Positions 26,170 to 40,663 of a stretch of 64,000 nucleotides of DNA are shown piece after piece. The notes under the pieces were generated by a model. The model saw only the letters and a list, made by a program, of their open reading frames with translations. It made no database searches and was not told where the DNA came from. A program made the position numbers and the translations under genes. The DNA comes from Catajapyx aquilonaris (lineage: Eukaryota): assembly GCA_000934665.2 (NCBI GenBank), contig KZ538392.1:1-64000 (forward strand), given 5' to 3'. Positions within the stretch are counted from its first letter, which is position 1. Each line of letters begins with the position of its first letter.

Positions 26170-27295
26170 TATATAGATTCTTGAAAGTACCCTTTAACCG
26201 TGCAGCCTCAATACCAGTGGAGTTATTCGGCCATGAACAGTTATTGGAGCGCACTGCAATGATTGCTGAGTGATTAAGTTTCATGCACCGTGAATACTTA
26301 TAAAATGTTTCCGGGCTTTGATAAAACAGTATATAACTTACAAAGTCATATTAGAAGCCGCAATGCTCGATTTCCACTGAAGCAAATAGCAAAGCCTGAT
26401 TTCTAGTGGAAAAATTCCAAACTGGGGAGTTTCTGCCTCGAAAAATTCAGAACGATACCCACCCTTTGGCTTTATAGTTCGGACTCCGGTCTTATTTATA
26501 AAAAATTATTTGTTGGTAATAAGGCAATAATTGCATTGTGGAACGTGCATCCACAACGTGAAAAAAACAACTTTTAATCACATGGAATGTCACTGCTTCA
26601 GAAATGTTAGCTCACCTCCATTTAGTCCTCCCTTCCGGCACCATCCACTTTACAGCGATTTTGGTATTCGCGTCGAAAACAGATTAGATCCCTGCCTGTC
26701 CGCAAAATAGCCTAAGCTACTCAATAGCCGCCTAAGGGCAAAAGGGATCATCTTCATTCACCAAGCTGAAACTACAGGCCGGGACCACCGAAGCCACCAA
26801 CTCGTCTCCACAACCCACGAAACCGGAACTGTGTGCGCCGGACACCAAAAGATCGGATTGTAGAGGACGGGGAAACCACTACATCGATAGTGTGCATCGT
26901 GTTACAGTCCCCAGTTTGTTTAAAAAAAAAAATCGACCCAATCCAGCAACCATTTTGGAAGCCAAACTTCACGTTTATGTCAGAATAGGATCAAAGCAAA
27001 ATCCCATCCCATTTATACAAGCCAGCCTGTAACCCTCGCTTAGACAAGTTGTCAAAGAAGCAACCCAAGTCCTTCCCATCAAGCCATCAACCCCTGTAGT
27101 AATCGGACACCAACATGCAAGCTCCGTCTCTTTCGCCCCCTTAAATCGCCATCACGGTTTACTAAGCGCCCTGTAAATCTCAGCCTTACCCAGCACGAAC
27201 TCCCAAGTTGTGCTGTACGTGAATCGTGTTGACATTTTTTTTTTTAAAGGAGAGAAAGGGTCAGATGTGAAAAGTGGAGAGGGATCCATTTTACG

Positions 27296-27299
<4 letters not shown>

Positions 27300-27339
<40 letters not shown>
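27300..27339. repeat. (GA)n microsatellite
   Basis: About 20 uninterrupted GA units. Confidence 0.98.
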
Positions 27340-27342
<3 letters not shown>

Positions 27343-29512
27343 AAAAGCTCGCCCTTTCCCTGTTTGCCCACTGGCTGCTGGGAGGAGATAAAGCTTTAGA
27401 ATAATCGATAGCGTTTCGATGGAAACCACCTCCTATAAGCTATGTGCTCTCTAAAACGCTAGAATCCGGAGGGGCAATTCCGGTTCCCCTTCCCGGATGA
27501 TTCCCAAGAAATGGAGCCTGCAGGTGATGATGGGTGACGACGTGTGCCTCCAACAGGTGCATTATGCAAATGCTGCTGGTGTGTACTCTGTAGAGTGCTC
27601 TGGCCCCACTACGCCTTGAGGATTTCTGCCTTTCAGCCACGTACTTGGATTACCAGCTACGGTACACAAGACACAGGCATTACCGTTTCGGATCGAGTCG
27701 AGCAAAAGGATGCCGTCAAATCAGATGTCGCCGAGAGGGAATCAACACTTGATGTCACCTAACGTTTGTGAAAGATCAGGATTACGTGTGGTGAAGCAAA
27801 CGGTACAAGGTGTCTGGAAAGGAGGTGTCTTATACTCATCCCATAATTTTGTTTTCCAAGCTAACATAGTAAATATTGGGATGAGAGGCATGGTGGTTTA
27901 GTGGTTATGCCACTTGCTTTCTGGTCAGGAGTTCAAAGCCCGTCCCTGTCACATTCTCTTCCAGTTTTTTTTTCTACCAATGTGACCAGGCAGACCTGCA
28001 CTCCTTCTCTGCCCAGGGCCAATCTTGAGAAAAGGTCTGGCATTTCCGATTACTCCAAACTACCCAAGAGCGCCCTCCCGTGGGAACCTTCCCCATCCTC
28101 TAGTTAACAAATTACAGCAGCTGATTAGGAAGTTTAAATAATAAATGTTACCGTGAAATACCAGCGAGTACGACCAAAGATTATATTATTACAGTAATTG
28201 GGCACATTTCCTGAAAGGTGAGTTATTGCGGAACCAGTTGCTCAGATCTGTTGTGACGTCATGATGAAATATCAACAGGTTTCGCGAGATACTCTCTTAT
28301 CAACTGCAGCTTGTTCACGCCTGCGCAACATTCAGTTTCTTGGACTGGAATTTTCAAGCAATAGTGTCCATAGTGTCTATACCAATATCGGGTGGTGTAT
28401 TTATTTCCAGTTCAAAAGGCGGTTAGATGAAAATGTTATGGACTCCAGAAACCAGTTTAAAGAGTTAAGAAACAATCGCAACATATGAATGTCGCCTAAT
28501 TGTTACTGCCAACGATACATTCCGGTTTAAACTGGTTGCTAACGTGCAATGCACCATCCTGTACATTTAAAACATTTATTATTCATACTTCAACGTGCGT
28601 TTCCTGCGCATGAAAATAGCAAGTTCTACACCCACACACCATCACACTGCCCTAGAAACTAAATTTTTCCAGGCCTAAAACTGTATTCACAATTTCCTCA
28701 TCACCATCCCCAAAACACCCAAACTTTACTGCATCATTAAACCACATAATTACTACCCGTTTACGTAAAACACGATCTATTTATAGAGCTGATTTTCTAC
28801 TCCATGCGTACGCTCCTGTTACAGCACCTGGTGACGTCACGTTTAATTAATTTATTACATGCGAACGATATTGTAATTACCGGCCGTTGCTTGTTCAGTT
28901 TAGTCTCTCGCCGTAATTATATTCACTCTGCTCATGTTCACGCATTAGTACCGCACATCAAATAGGATATTGAAAAGGTGTCCCATCCCAGTTCAATTCG
29001 TGCCCAAAAGAGCGGTAATAATAAACCACCTCCGCTATTATTTATGCAACATATGCCTTGGTTAGCCATGGAGTTGGGAGAGCCGAGCCCAGAGCGTGGT
29101 TTATACTGTAAAAAAAAAGAACGGAACCCTCCTCCAGTGAAAATTAAGCAAGAGTGACAGCGGAAATTCCGCCCCTCCACCACTTTACATACTTAGCACT
29201 TGGGCCTTTTGTCCAGATGAAGGCCCTCGCGCAAGTCTTCTGCTTGTTCATCACAAGTGCACGACGCAGAGTGAGCCCACTTTATTACAGGTGGGACCAT
29301 CGTCCTTTGCAGTTGAGTACGGCATGGGTCGTATGATTCAAACCAGTCTTCCATGTGATGCATTCAGGTGAAATGTTCTGTTGTACCTTATATGGGACCT
29401 TGTACTTATAATGAGGTAATCAAGACAAGTAAGCCGGCTTTACGTTCCCTTTGTAGTTTCCTGTTGCACAGCGCTAGGATACCATTAGTCGAACCTTTTT
29501 TGGCATATAATA

Positions 29513-29676
29513 CAGGGTGTGCACTGCGCAAATCGACAGTTAAAGAGAGGGGTATGTTCATAAGTTATAGACCTGTTGGAAGCAAGAATCGGCAAGAAAC
29601 CGGTTGCTGGAATAAGCCATTCACACATTCAACTACCCCCATCTTGAACAGCGGACTTCTGGAGCCCACCACCCTG
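29513..29676. mobile_element. Old CAGGGTG-type MITE, TA-flanked (164 bp)
   Basis: ta|cagggtg...caccctg|ta ends. The arms still align inward: gttaaagagaggggtatgtt versus reverse complement gttcaagatgggggtagtt. Confidence 0.65.
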
Positions 29677-31844
29677 TAGATCCCTCATGCCCGAACAAAA
29701 GAGACGAATCGGCACCTTCCCCGTTTTCTCCCAAGACTATACAGGAGATGGGTGAAGATTCTCGTTGAGAATATATGGGGCATAAAGAAAGAGTCGCTTT
29801 CCAGTCATCCTCGACGTTCTCTGCACGCAAGGTTGAGTTTTCCGCCTGGAAACTTGAGTTCTGCCATCCTTGACGCTTGTTTGTCGAGAGCTCCGCCAAC
29901 GGAACACGACCAGGGGTGCTGGAGATAGGGGGGTCCCGTAATACCCGACGGTTACAACCCCTGAAAACATCCTCAGGTAGGATCAGAAATATGTCATCCG
30001 GACTTGTTTCAGCTCCGCTCCGAATCCTCTGGATCCCATCGATTTTACAAAATAATTACCCAAATGTAGGAGCAGCAATCCAACTTCAATGGCGCGTGGT
30101 AATGGCAATGTCAAGTGAACTGTTTATGAAACTGGTGCAAAACATGTCGTCGTCAGCGTGCATGGGGAGGGGTATTTCCGCCTGTACCCCCTGCCACCAT
30201 CACAAGTTGGGTTTGTGCTATATCCATCAAGCCAGGTGAAACTGAAAGCCGGTAAATATACATTATTCAAGGCTTTCAATAATCCGCCACTACACACCAT
30301 TCAATTTTCCAGCTGAAGAGACGCTTCGGTATGATTTTGTGAGAGTCGGAACCAACGCAACAATAGAACTGCCTCTCTCCTACCGACCCCTTCCTAGCAC
30401 ACCCCAATTTAATCAGCTGCCCTCTTGAGCCCTCACGTTCACCTGTCTGCCATCTTAAACCCAACCTTTCCCCTCTCCGCCAATCAATTCCGCTGCCACT
30501 TGTTGGATCTGGTATCCCTGTAACTCGACACGTGTCGCGCTCTGGATCACACACGCCCAACGGTTCCAAAGAACTACCCAAAAAATGGACAACTTGGGGA
30601 GGGCCTAAACTAGGTTAGAGCTAGGGTGACGTACGACTCATCCAAAATTGGCCTCCTTGACAATGCTGTCTAGGGAAGTTGGAGGACTGGGGGAAAGCGG
30701 GGGAGCTAACCATTCGTCTTGGAAATGGCGAGAAGCCTTTGAACTCCGTCCCCAAACCCCGTGACAGTTTCATTACGAGCCACGCGGGCTTGAATTAGAC
30801 CAACCTACCTACGCCCCCCCCCCCCCTCATTTCGGCCGACAAATTTGAGGGGGGTGGAAGCTGTCAAGAGACGAACCAAGCTGTGCATCCAATTTCGGAC
30901 AATCCCATATGATGACCTACCTACCACAGCTACCTGACACGACGCTCATTTTGGACGGGTTGTTAGTAACTCTCTCGGAAATAGCAGAGCCCTTGGTAGA
31001 AGCCCTCATTATGATATTAAAATTATGCAAAAATCGATGCTATTTTCAACTTGTAGGCTGGTCTGATCTGTGGTAACTTCTTTCACGTCAAATCTGAGAT
31101 GACCACTAGGTGTCCATTATGAACTTGTCCTACCCGGGTTTGAGCGCGCAAGCTCTACTTTTGAAGCTGGATTTTGCAGGCGATCCTAGCAGACCACTCG
31201 TCCCCGATTGAAGTGCACAAGCGTGCTCCATTTGCATAAAATAAGCCCCTTTGATGATGTAGAAGATGATGCCTCCCGCCTGTAATTAAAAGCACGGCCC
31301 CTCCATCTGCAATAATCATGATAAATTGCAAAGAGAGCGGGGCGGCGGCGGTTTTCTAGGCTGAAAAAAAAACCCAGCTTCGTGTGTTACAATAAGTGTT
31401 CGCTTATTGATCCGGAGGACGTTGACAGGCTGCAAGTGCTGCCTATGTTATTAACCGGCTGCGGGTACTGTTGGGGGGGAGGCTTCTCTTCATCAGCCTG
31501 CACTATATACCTCAACGGGAGTCCTGAAACTAATGCGATACTTGCATCGGGGGCACTCTAAAACCTATGACGACCATAGAAAAAAAAGGGGGTCGGCGTC
31601 GCTCTATCTGGCAAATTCCTTTCAAATGTCACCGTCAAACGAGCATGATTGGCAGGATAAAAATGACGTGGTTTGGTGCAACTCACGGATTTTCCTTAAG
31701 GAAAGGATGGAGCAAATGCTGCATTGATTTTCGAATTATAAATTGATTGTCGTTCTGCATGATGTCAACATCCTTTGGGCCAGCAGCAAATGAACATGGA
31801 CACCAAGTCTCAGTTCAGGCTTGAACAAACCACAGTGACTAACA

Positions 31845-31915
31845 ATTTCATTCCGGTGGAACCCGCGTGATGTGCGTGATGTTGTGTGCATGCGCGTTTT
31901 GAACAGGAATGAAAT
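31845..31915. repeat. 71-nt imperfect hairpin
   Basis: atttcattcc...ggaatgaaat closes a stem of about 30 bp with mismatches and G:U pairs on the plus strand and a loop of about 10 nt. Confidence 0.5.
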
Positions 31916-34900
31916 CCCCCAAGCACATCTAAATACTGCACATCCCCCCGAAGCCCCAACCCCTCCAGCATTGTCTCTGCATATTTAAAGCGCTTATAAG
32001 CTTCAGAGTGGGGGGGGGGAGGGCTGCTAGCTCAATACGCGATAAATCCAGTAAATGGCCTCAGTGAATGCAGTACAATGTTGGCAGCGCCAAGTCTGCT
32101 GATTCCTAGGGCAACAATCGATTCACGTAGGTAACACAGCCGGGCTGTTTCAAAATTCGTCTGAAAGACAAAGGTTGGTTGTGATATACAAGTGGTGGCG
32201 GGAAGAGGGAGAATATTCCGACCTTTTGGAGGTTATGAAAGGGAGATAAGAGAGGGAAGCGAGCCATTTCTCCTCACTTCTCCTCCTCCTCCTTCTTCCC
32301 CTTCTTATCATGGCTGCATGGGATGGAATGAAGGATGAAGCGATTTGTACTAGGCCTGTAATGAGAAAGGGAGCTCGGAAAAAGCTTTTTCTGCCTCTCG
32401 CACTCATTTGCTCTTTCCTCTCCGCCACTATATCCGCACAATGCCTCAGAAAATTTTTCATTCCTTTTTTCCTTCCATTCCACCTCCCAGCATAATGATG
32501 TTAATGTATAGCCTCACAGTTGGGGAGCTAGAGTGATAGAATCGTCATTTGTCTACCTGTAGGCAGACACAGCTTTCACTGCCACTATCTCATCATGACG
32601 CATCGTAGCAACTACCAAACACACAAGACGTTAATTAGATTGGCACACTAAGGAAGGAGGAATGGAGGATTTCGCTATTTCTCTCCGTCCCTTTGAAGAT
32701 GGCAAATCACACGGGTGAATAAAGCCGCGAGGAAACGTGAAAAGAGACCGTCGTTTCTCTCGCTTTTCCGCACAAGTTGATTCTGCATTCAATTGGAAGC
32801 GACAAAGAAGACATTCAGCGACTCATCATCGCAGCCTCCATAAACAAGCCGACCTCCTCCACCTTCCCTCTAATTCCTTCAGGCTGGAGGGGCCAGCCAA
32901 ATGTCCCTATCCGATCCCTGACTCTTGCAACTACCGCATCCGGTCGCCATCCGCCGGCTAATGAATAGTGCCTTACGTCCAGTCCCGGAGCATTTCCACG
33001 GACTAATTCAGGCCTTTGGTGGCGGGGCGCCCGCATACAGCGGTGGAAGCACGCGTCGTTGAACCAAAATGAGGACCCCGCTCCAGAGACCCATTGACGG
33101 TGCTGCCACCTGCCAAACCCTACAAGGTACGTACACTGGACAACTTTCCTCTAGATGAGAGAGTGTCCAGCATTGGCCGATAAGCGCTTCTTTCTTCTTC
33201 ACCCATCGTCTTGGGGTAAGAAGCTTTCTTGGCTTTCCTGCACCGCTCCAGCCTCCGGCTTCCCTGCCGCCCTTTCCGATACTACTCCAGCTCCCATTAT
33301 TATCCTTCTTCAGCAACGAGCCTCCGCGGACTGCTTCAGGGCCCAGCCTCCAAATTGAAAAGTTGCTGCAGCATGGAGAGAGGGGGCGGGAGAGATAGAC
33401 AGAGCGAGGGGGGAGGGCTTTCCATGAAACGTTTTGGATAGCTACCCTTCCCGTCCATGTATGGCCGTATAGCCTGGGGCATTGAAGAGGATTGGAGGCA
33501 CCCAACTGATTCAGATGTTTCCGATTACATCCTCTCCGCCAGCTAATCTGAAAAATTTCAGTTGCATGCAAGCCTGGGTATTGGGGAGATATTGGGGGGA
33601 GGGGGAATTGCAATCACGAACTGAGTTCATACAGAGTAGCGCCTAGATCCGAGGTAACCACTTGTTTGTTTAGGTCGACCATAATCGACCAACATTGGAT
33701 TTCGACAGTGCAATTTCACACAGCTTCCATGCTGCATTTTATACACATGGTTTAACCAAAGCTCCTATATGAGATGTAATGCCCCCGGGCTATCACAAGT
33801 TCCTCCTATAATATGAACGGGCGGCTGATACAAACCTCTCTACAGTCTTTCATGACATTAGATAGTAGATAGGGGACTCGAGTTACTGAACATGAGAAGA
33901 TGAGACGAGCAAACATCTACACCTATTAGTCGTGAAATTTTGTATGAAGTCGACGATCATTATGGTGATGGAGTTGTTATTTTCCATTAGACGATGGCAT
34001 TGATGTACTGTACGTATCAAGTTCTGGCCTGAAATATATAGGCCTATCGGCAACAATCCAAGTGCTCGAAATAAGACAGCGATTAAACTGGAAAGCAACA
34101 AATGCGCCAGGCTCCCTCTCTTGGTTAAGCCCTACACAGCAACCAGGGTCGTAAATAGCGCACAAAAAGTGACACTAAACTCTTTTCCAATGCCATTGTT
34201 CTTCCCTTTGCAAAGTTGTCTACACTGGTATATCCTGGCAGTACTAATTCCCACAGAAATTATTTTCTATTCGTTTATCCTGGCTATCGAGAGCAATCCT
34301 GCATGCCTCTCTTGTTCACCGGGCAGCCTGACTCCCAGGATAAAACTCGCGCTCCCAAAACGACCAGTCGAACTAATGCAATTAATCCGCCATTACATCG
34401 CCCAACTAGAAACATGAAAACCACCGCGATCAACCGGTCGTGCAACCTAGGAGACAACACGCCCGCAACATCCACTATGTTAGCATAGAACCAGAGGCCG
34501 GTTTTACACCGAACTCGTTGGAGCCCTGACCTTGCACCGTCACTTTCTGCTTGCGACATCCACCACCCAGAATAAAATAGGCCAGATTACGCAAATAGCG
34601 TAGCATGCTATGCCACACACCGTACGTGCAAAATCTGGCATTATAATAAGACGTAAAACGTCCAAGCCCTTAAAGATACTATCGATCCTCTTACTTATCT
34701 GTCCACATCCAAGAGTGACGCGTACAATACGTGCTCCGACGAAGGTTTCGGAAGCAGCTTAGAGGACTCACAAAAAGTGGCTGCCGGAGAAGGAAGCGGG
34801 AGTCCTACTTCCTCAGTTTGTTTACAGAGGCGAGGGTGAGATGGATTCGTTTGATCATTAGTCTGTATTAGTCCGGAGACGGGAGGTTCATAGCCGTTAC

Positions 34901-37900
34901 TGCTACAAGATGAATTTATCCGGCGAGGGTTTTGTAGGCTGCGTCGTCATGATTGATCGCGGGTGAAGGGGAGGACGGCTGGGAGGGAGCCTCCTTTGCT
35001 TTCCGCCACGGAAACAAACACCAACCCTGCTGGCTAAGGCTTCCCGGAGTCATACGACCGTGATTAATAAATGTGTTGCATGCGAAACTTTGAATGATCA
35101 AAATGTCAACGGTCAGAAACCTGAATAAATTGAGTCAGATGTAAACCTAGAGGCAATTACTTTGACTGGCAAGATTTGGCCGGACGGGTGAGATCTTTTG
35201 ATTCAAGATGGTTTGACCACTGAGATTTCAAGCGGCCAAATCTTGACAGAGATTTTCTCCCCAAGTCCCGCGAGAGGATATCTTGACCGGTCATGAAAAC
35301 GAATGGGTCCGATTACTTTCGCATGGTCCCCGGCCATGATTTATCGCACCGGATTTCCAGCATCTCGAAAAACATGGGGAGGGAAACCTCCGGACCAATT
35401 AGCAGTACACCCCCTTTATCCAGGACCGTATCGGGTTCTAAGGTGATAGTGTGGAGTCCGATGGGAGGAAAGTGGGGGGTTGAAAATGCGGCTTATTTAG
35501 TTGGGCCAGGCCAGGACCAGGGCTGAAATTGATCTCGCCCACTTTGGACTGCGCTGCCAACCGGAGAAAGGGCCGTTGCAATTATACGAAACCACTGCCG
35601 CCACAATGTTCAACATGGCTCACCAACACTACCTTGATTCCACCCGAAAAAAGGAGGGCTATTTGCCTGTTTTTTTCAACTCCCATACCCTACAAGAATT
35701 ACTCGTAGTTGTATGTTTCTCGTCAACTTCCCCGATTTATACCCCCTAGAGATGCGTCCGGCAATGAATTTATATGCAACAGATGGCGCTCGTCCGACTT
35801 ACTTAGCTGGGATTCCCCGTTTATATTCTTCCTTGGCGTCCAGTGAATTTTTGGGCTGTAGGTAGCTCTGCAGGCGTCAGCGTTAGGTAAATGGATGCAG
35901 CGCCAAGGCGCGTTATTGATGAAGGGGGTAGTACGCTAGCTGCTGCTCCTGCTGTAGCCAGGGGATGGGATTAACGAGAGGCCATTACAACCCAACCATG
36001 GAGCCACTTGTCACCGGCCGATAAGCTGCCGCCATTTTTTTCTCTCTCTCCGGCGTAATAGAAACGTTGAGGTTGTGCCTCATCCTGTACTTGTACGCTG
36101 CTTCAACGCAGCTTTACTATAGCCTGCTTATAAAAAAACGCGGAGTATACGGCTGAGGTGGAAAAAAACGTAATTTGGTTATGGCTCGTGTGAATCGGCT
36201 CACGTACTGCTGGCGAAACAATATGCGTTTTTGCTGAAGGGAGTCCCTTCCTACTCAGGCCAGTCATGCGACATGTTTCCAATGCAGTTAGGAGGGCGAG
36301 AGGGATGACCACATCCATTACTGAATTCTGTACAGCTGGCCAGACTCCATTTTTTTCCGGGACAGCCGGGAAAAAAGGAGAGAATGCCCCCAGGCAGACT
36401 CCGCTGGGAATCACTTCTCCAAACGCATCCTTCTCGCTCATCCTGCAATCTGAAACAAAGATTCCACCTGCTCCCTGCAAGATTCTATTCTTCTTTCCTT
36501 TTCGGGTGCCAAAGAAGAAGGGGATCCCACCCCTCGCATTCCTCCAGCAATCAATTTCTCACAGAAAACCCCCGGGGTCCCTTCCCAAGAAGGAGACAAA
36601 AAAGAATGGGGGACTACACAGCGATAGGGTCATCATCGTCCTCCTCATCCGGTTGAGCCCCCCCTTTGCCCCCAAAAACCAAGTCCTAGCCGGCATCCAC
36701 AAAAGAGAAGGCGACATGTCACGGTTCACTTCCACCCCACACAAACGCCGCATAATAACCCCAGGAGTGAAGGTAGCCATGCTTGATTAACACTTCACAC
36801 TTGGGCGGATGGAACGTCAGCCTAATGAGATCTGTCCATCAGCCCTGTACCCCAGTTGTATCAACCACCTTGTAAGGCATCATAAGCAAGCGACATTGAG
36901 GCATATATGCGACACTAAGAAAGCAGATCGGGTGCCAGAATAAAGGGTTCCGGCAGCGCCAGCCACTCCTATTAGGAAAAAGGCACGTTCTGGGCGTGGA
37001 AGGAAAGACAAGCATGAAAATTTCCACACCGCGCACGTTGTAACGCCTCGACAAAGACCCCGGGATGACTCCAATTAAAGGCAAACTAATGGGCGGGTGT
37101 ACTTGGCAAAGAAATAGAGGAAGAGGAGGCCATCTGCACGGGCGGCCTAGGGGACATTGCGAGTCCCGGCACGTAACTGGCATCTCCTTTTCTCCCAAGA
37201 TAACCCTCTCCTGCTCAATATATTGCCAGTAAACGCTCCGGCGTCGAAAAGACTGTCGTTGCCCGAAAGACCTCCCTGGGACACCTTGCGGGCCTTGGCG
37301 GGGATACCAACACGCCTTTCTGCGCCCTCCCTTCTCCACTTGTTTGATTGCACTCGGCCCACCCTATGACACTGCCAATGCTGTGTCTTATCCAAGCAAG
37401 GTGGCCTCCTTAATACATCTTCCTGCTGGTATATCATGATATAGCCCCATATTCCGCAGGCTGTCATGCAACAGGCCCATATGCCTCAGTGGACTAGCGC
37501 AACGCAGCCTAATATGAACTGTCTACATTTCCTGTGTCACACATGACTCTTCATTGACATGCAGCGACCCCGCAGGGGGATGAATAAAACCTCACCCCTT
37601 TCCCCCCATAAACTACTAAGAGGATAGTGGTAATGGAGGCATTATGGGTTGGTGCTTGGTGATTATGAAAAATGGCCGGCCTTTTGACGGCGCGAGAGCC
37701 AGAGAGGACGGACCGTGTGGGGATTAAACTCTCCGCAGTTGTACATTTCATCGCCGGGAATCAAAGCAGATGAATGGATAAATCTCAGTGGAACTAATCC
37801 AGCAGCTCAAACGTGTCCTGACACCCTCTCAACCAAAATCATGAGGGTGCTGGGGGGAAATGACGGGGAAAAAAACCCAGTTATAAATGTAAGTCTTTGT

Positions 37901-40524
37901 CCATTTGATGGGGAGTAATCGAATGTCATTCTGAACAGGATTGGAGTCGTTGCTACTGTCAAACATTCTTTTCCCCTTTTTCCTTTCCCACCCTCCACCT
38001 CCCTCCCACCCCTTCAACTCCAGCTGTCACTAAATCACCAGATAGAAGGAACAGGGATGAATGAAGTTCGCACGAAAAAGAGAAGCCCTCCAAAAGATGA
38101 TTCTACCTTCAAAATTTATTGAAGTCGACGACGCCACTGGAAATCCAACCGGTTCTCTTTTTTTTCGAACCATATTATACACTGTATTCGGTGCTATAAA
38201 TTACTCCTATGTTGCACTAGATCACTGGCATAGGGGAGCTACAAATCAACTGAGAAACATCTGAACAAGAAATCCAATATACCATATACGCTTCCGGAAT
38301 TGTCTGGACTAAAAAGACGACGGAGGGGAAAAAAAATGGATGTCCAGGCTGTCTAGCGCAGAAATGCCTGCAAGGCAAAATCAAACTGGCCTGATCCAAA
38401 GTCAACGCTGGACAGTTTCTCGGTTGTGCTCCGAGTGCAGCATCACTCATGCGGCAAGAATACACAATATCATTGGTTTCATTCTGCCGCTTACTACTGT
38501 ACAGAATTGGATTCATTGGAAAGTACCACTCTCGTAATGTATACTTTTAACTATACAGTACTTTCTAGGTACATAAAAATGGCATTATTTACAGAAAATC
38601 ATGAGGGGCCAATTAGCTGCAATTAGAAACTAACCAAGAACAACTGCAGCAGTCATAGCCAAACGTGTGTTCTCGGCACTACTTCAGTGTTTAATAAAAT
38701 TATTCATTCGTTCTATGGTAACCTGTGAACACCATAATGGTCAACATTGTGGAAATTGCGACAACATAAAACAACATAAAAACATGTTCGACAGCTGCTG
38801 TGCAAAAAACGTGTGGCAACTTAATATAATTATGTTCCGTTTGTAAAGTTCAGGTGAAACAACCAAGTCACCCTTTTCATACACGAAGAAAAGGATTCTA
38901 AATTTATGAATCAAATTTTTTCTTGCCCTGACAACCTACAACAGGTGGCAATTACGGATAGTAACGAATACTGGATATAACCGACTAACGAAAAGAGATT
39001 GAGTAATAAATTCGGTGTGGCTTTATGATAATACAGTATAATACGCTTTGTTCTCTATGACACTTATGAATTTGGAGAATACCTTTCTATATATAGGATT
39101 TGGCTGAGCACCTTGTACACAATGTGATACATGATGTTCATCTTAAATACCCGGGTTTTGCGCCGTATAAATTCACGTAAATGGAGAAAATATCGTCATC
39201 GCGCTTCACTACAGCCCTATAACATTATACCTTTTACTTATAAAATCATATAGGCCCTATAGCAGCACATTACACTAAATGGTAAAACACTGCATGATAA
39301 TCCTACTAGGTTATTACTGAAATAGGTCCGAGTGCCCCAAAAACAAATTAACAACGCGCAGTAATCAGTAAGGATTATATTCAAAGTAGTTCACGGGCTC
39401 CACAACCACACTTTGCAACAGGAATACACCTGCTTTAGATTTATTCTAATGTGGATTAGGACAACTTTGGCTCTTCAGTTTCACTATGCCAGGCCTATAT
39501 AGCAGGTAGGAACTGTAGGTTGGCGGAGGTCAAACTTTCTCCTGAGAGAAGGGGAGTAAAAAAAATTCTTGTTGGTTATATGCAAAGTTTCCCCCAGGCG
39601 AGAAACGAACAAATCGCCAGCATAAAACTTTCCATGTAGCGAACAGAAACTTTAAAGCCCTCATATCACCTCACATAGGGCTTTACTTCCCCTGAGAATA
39701 AAGATTTTTTTTTTCCGCCCAAGAAAGTACTGCTTCAATGAAATTATGTACATTATAAGCCAAAATATGTATGGGATAAATATATAGGATGGAAAAGGTG
39801 TACCCACCACATACATGTTCGCTTAAAATAACATTCGCTCTCAGATTAAACGACGCGTGGTGATTTTGATACGCTTTCGTCCAAATTGACCACTTGAAGA
39901 GCGCAAACAGACTTGGTTACTCCGAGGGGGGGGAAAAAATCCGTCTCTCTAGTGTCAACTTGATGGAAAGACAGTAAATGAGACTCCATTTTCCTTTCAA
40001 CTCCTACGTAATGCTCAAGTTACAATTGAATTTTAACAGCCACTGGAACTGAGCCTCGCTCGTCAGAAAGCTGCATTTTCGAGACGGTAAACACATTCAT
40101 ATTATTAATTTCCGTCCCATCTAGTCGTAGACAACCTCCAGGAACCTCGGTTGTGCAGGTAGGCACTATTCCCCAGTCCTGCTAGGTGTTTTATAGCACG
40201 GGCTTATTCTCACAATTGCTTCCGATTCCTCCGCTCTTCCGTTTATATCCTGGTGCGCCATATTGTCTAGCAGGAAACGCTGCTCCATAAGACAAAATAA
40301 TGTCAAGCAAGTCCAAAGGAGCTATAAACCCCTTCCTCCTCTTCCTCCCTGATACCCCCCAATATACAGTCTCATATTTCATTTCGAAAGAGAAGTACCT
40401 CTCCCGCCCCCATCCCCCTCCTTCCATGACGACTAACTTGTCCGGGTCTTGTTTCCATATCTTTGGATTTTCTTCCGTTTGTAATAACGCGGAGAGTTGA
40501 GAGGGACCGGGGGGGGGGGGGGGG

Positions 40525-40663
40525 NNNNNNNNNNNNNNNNNNNNNNNNNNNNNNNNNNNNNNNNNNNNNNNNNNNNNNNNNNNNNNNNNNNNNNNNNNNN
40601 NNNNNNNNNNNNNNNNNNNNNNNNNNNNNNNNNNNNNNNNNNNNNNNNNNNNNNNNNNNNNNN
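40525..40663. other. Assembly gap (139 N) between poly-G and poly-C runs
   Basis: Run of n characters preceded by a long G run and followed by a long C run. Confidence 0.99.

Noticed and set aside
29671..29683. 13-nt match to the start of miR-10 (accctgtagatcc)
   Set aside because: The match stops after 13 nt, overlaps a MITE terminus, and has no downstream precursor arm.
33008..33613. 201-aa minus-strand ORF
   Set aside because: No recognisable domain and overlapped by equally arbitrary ORFs in other frames.
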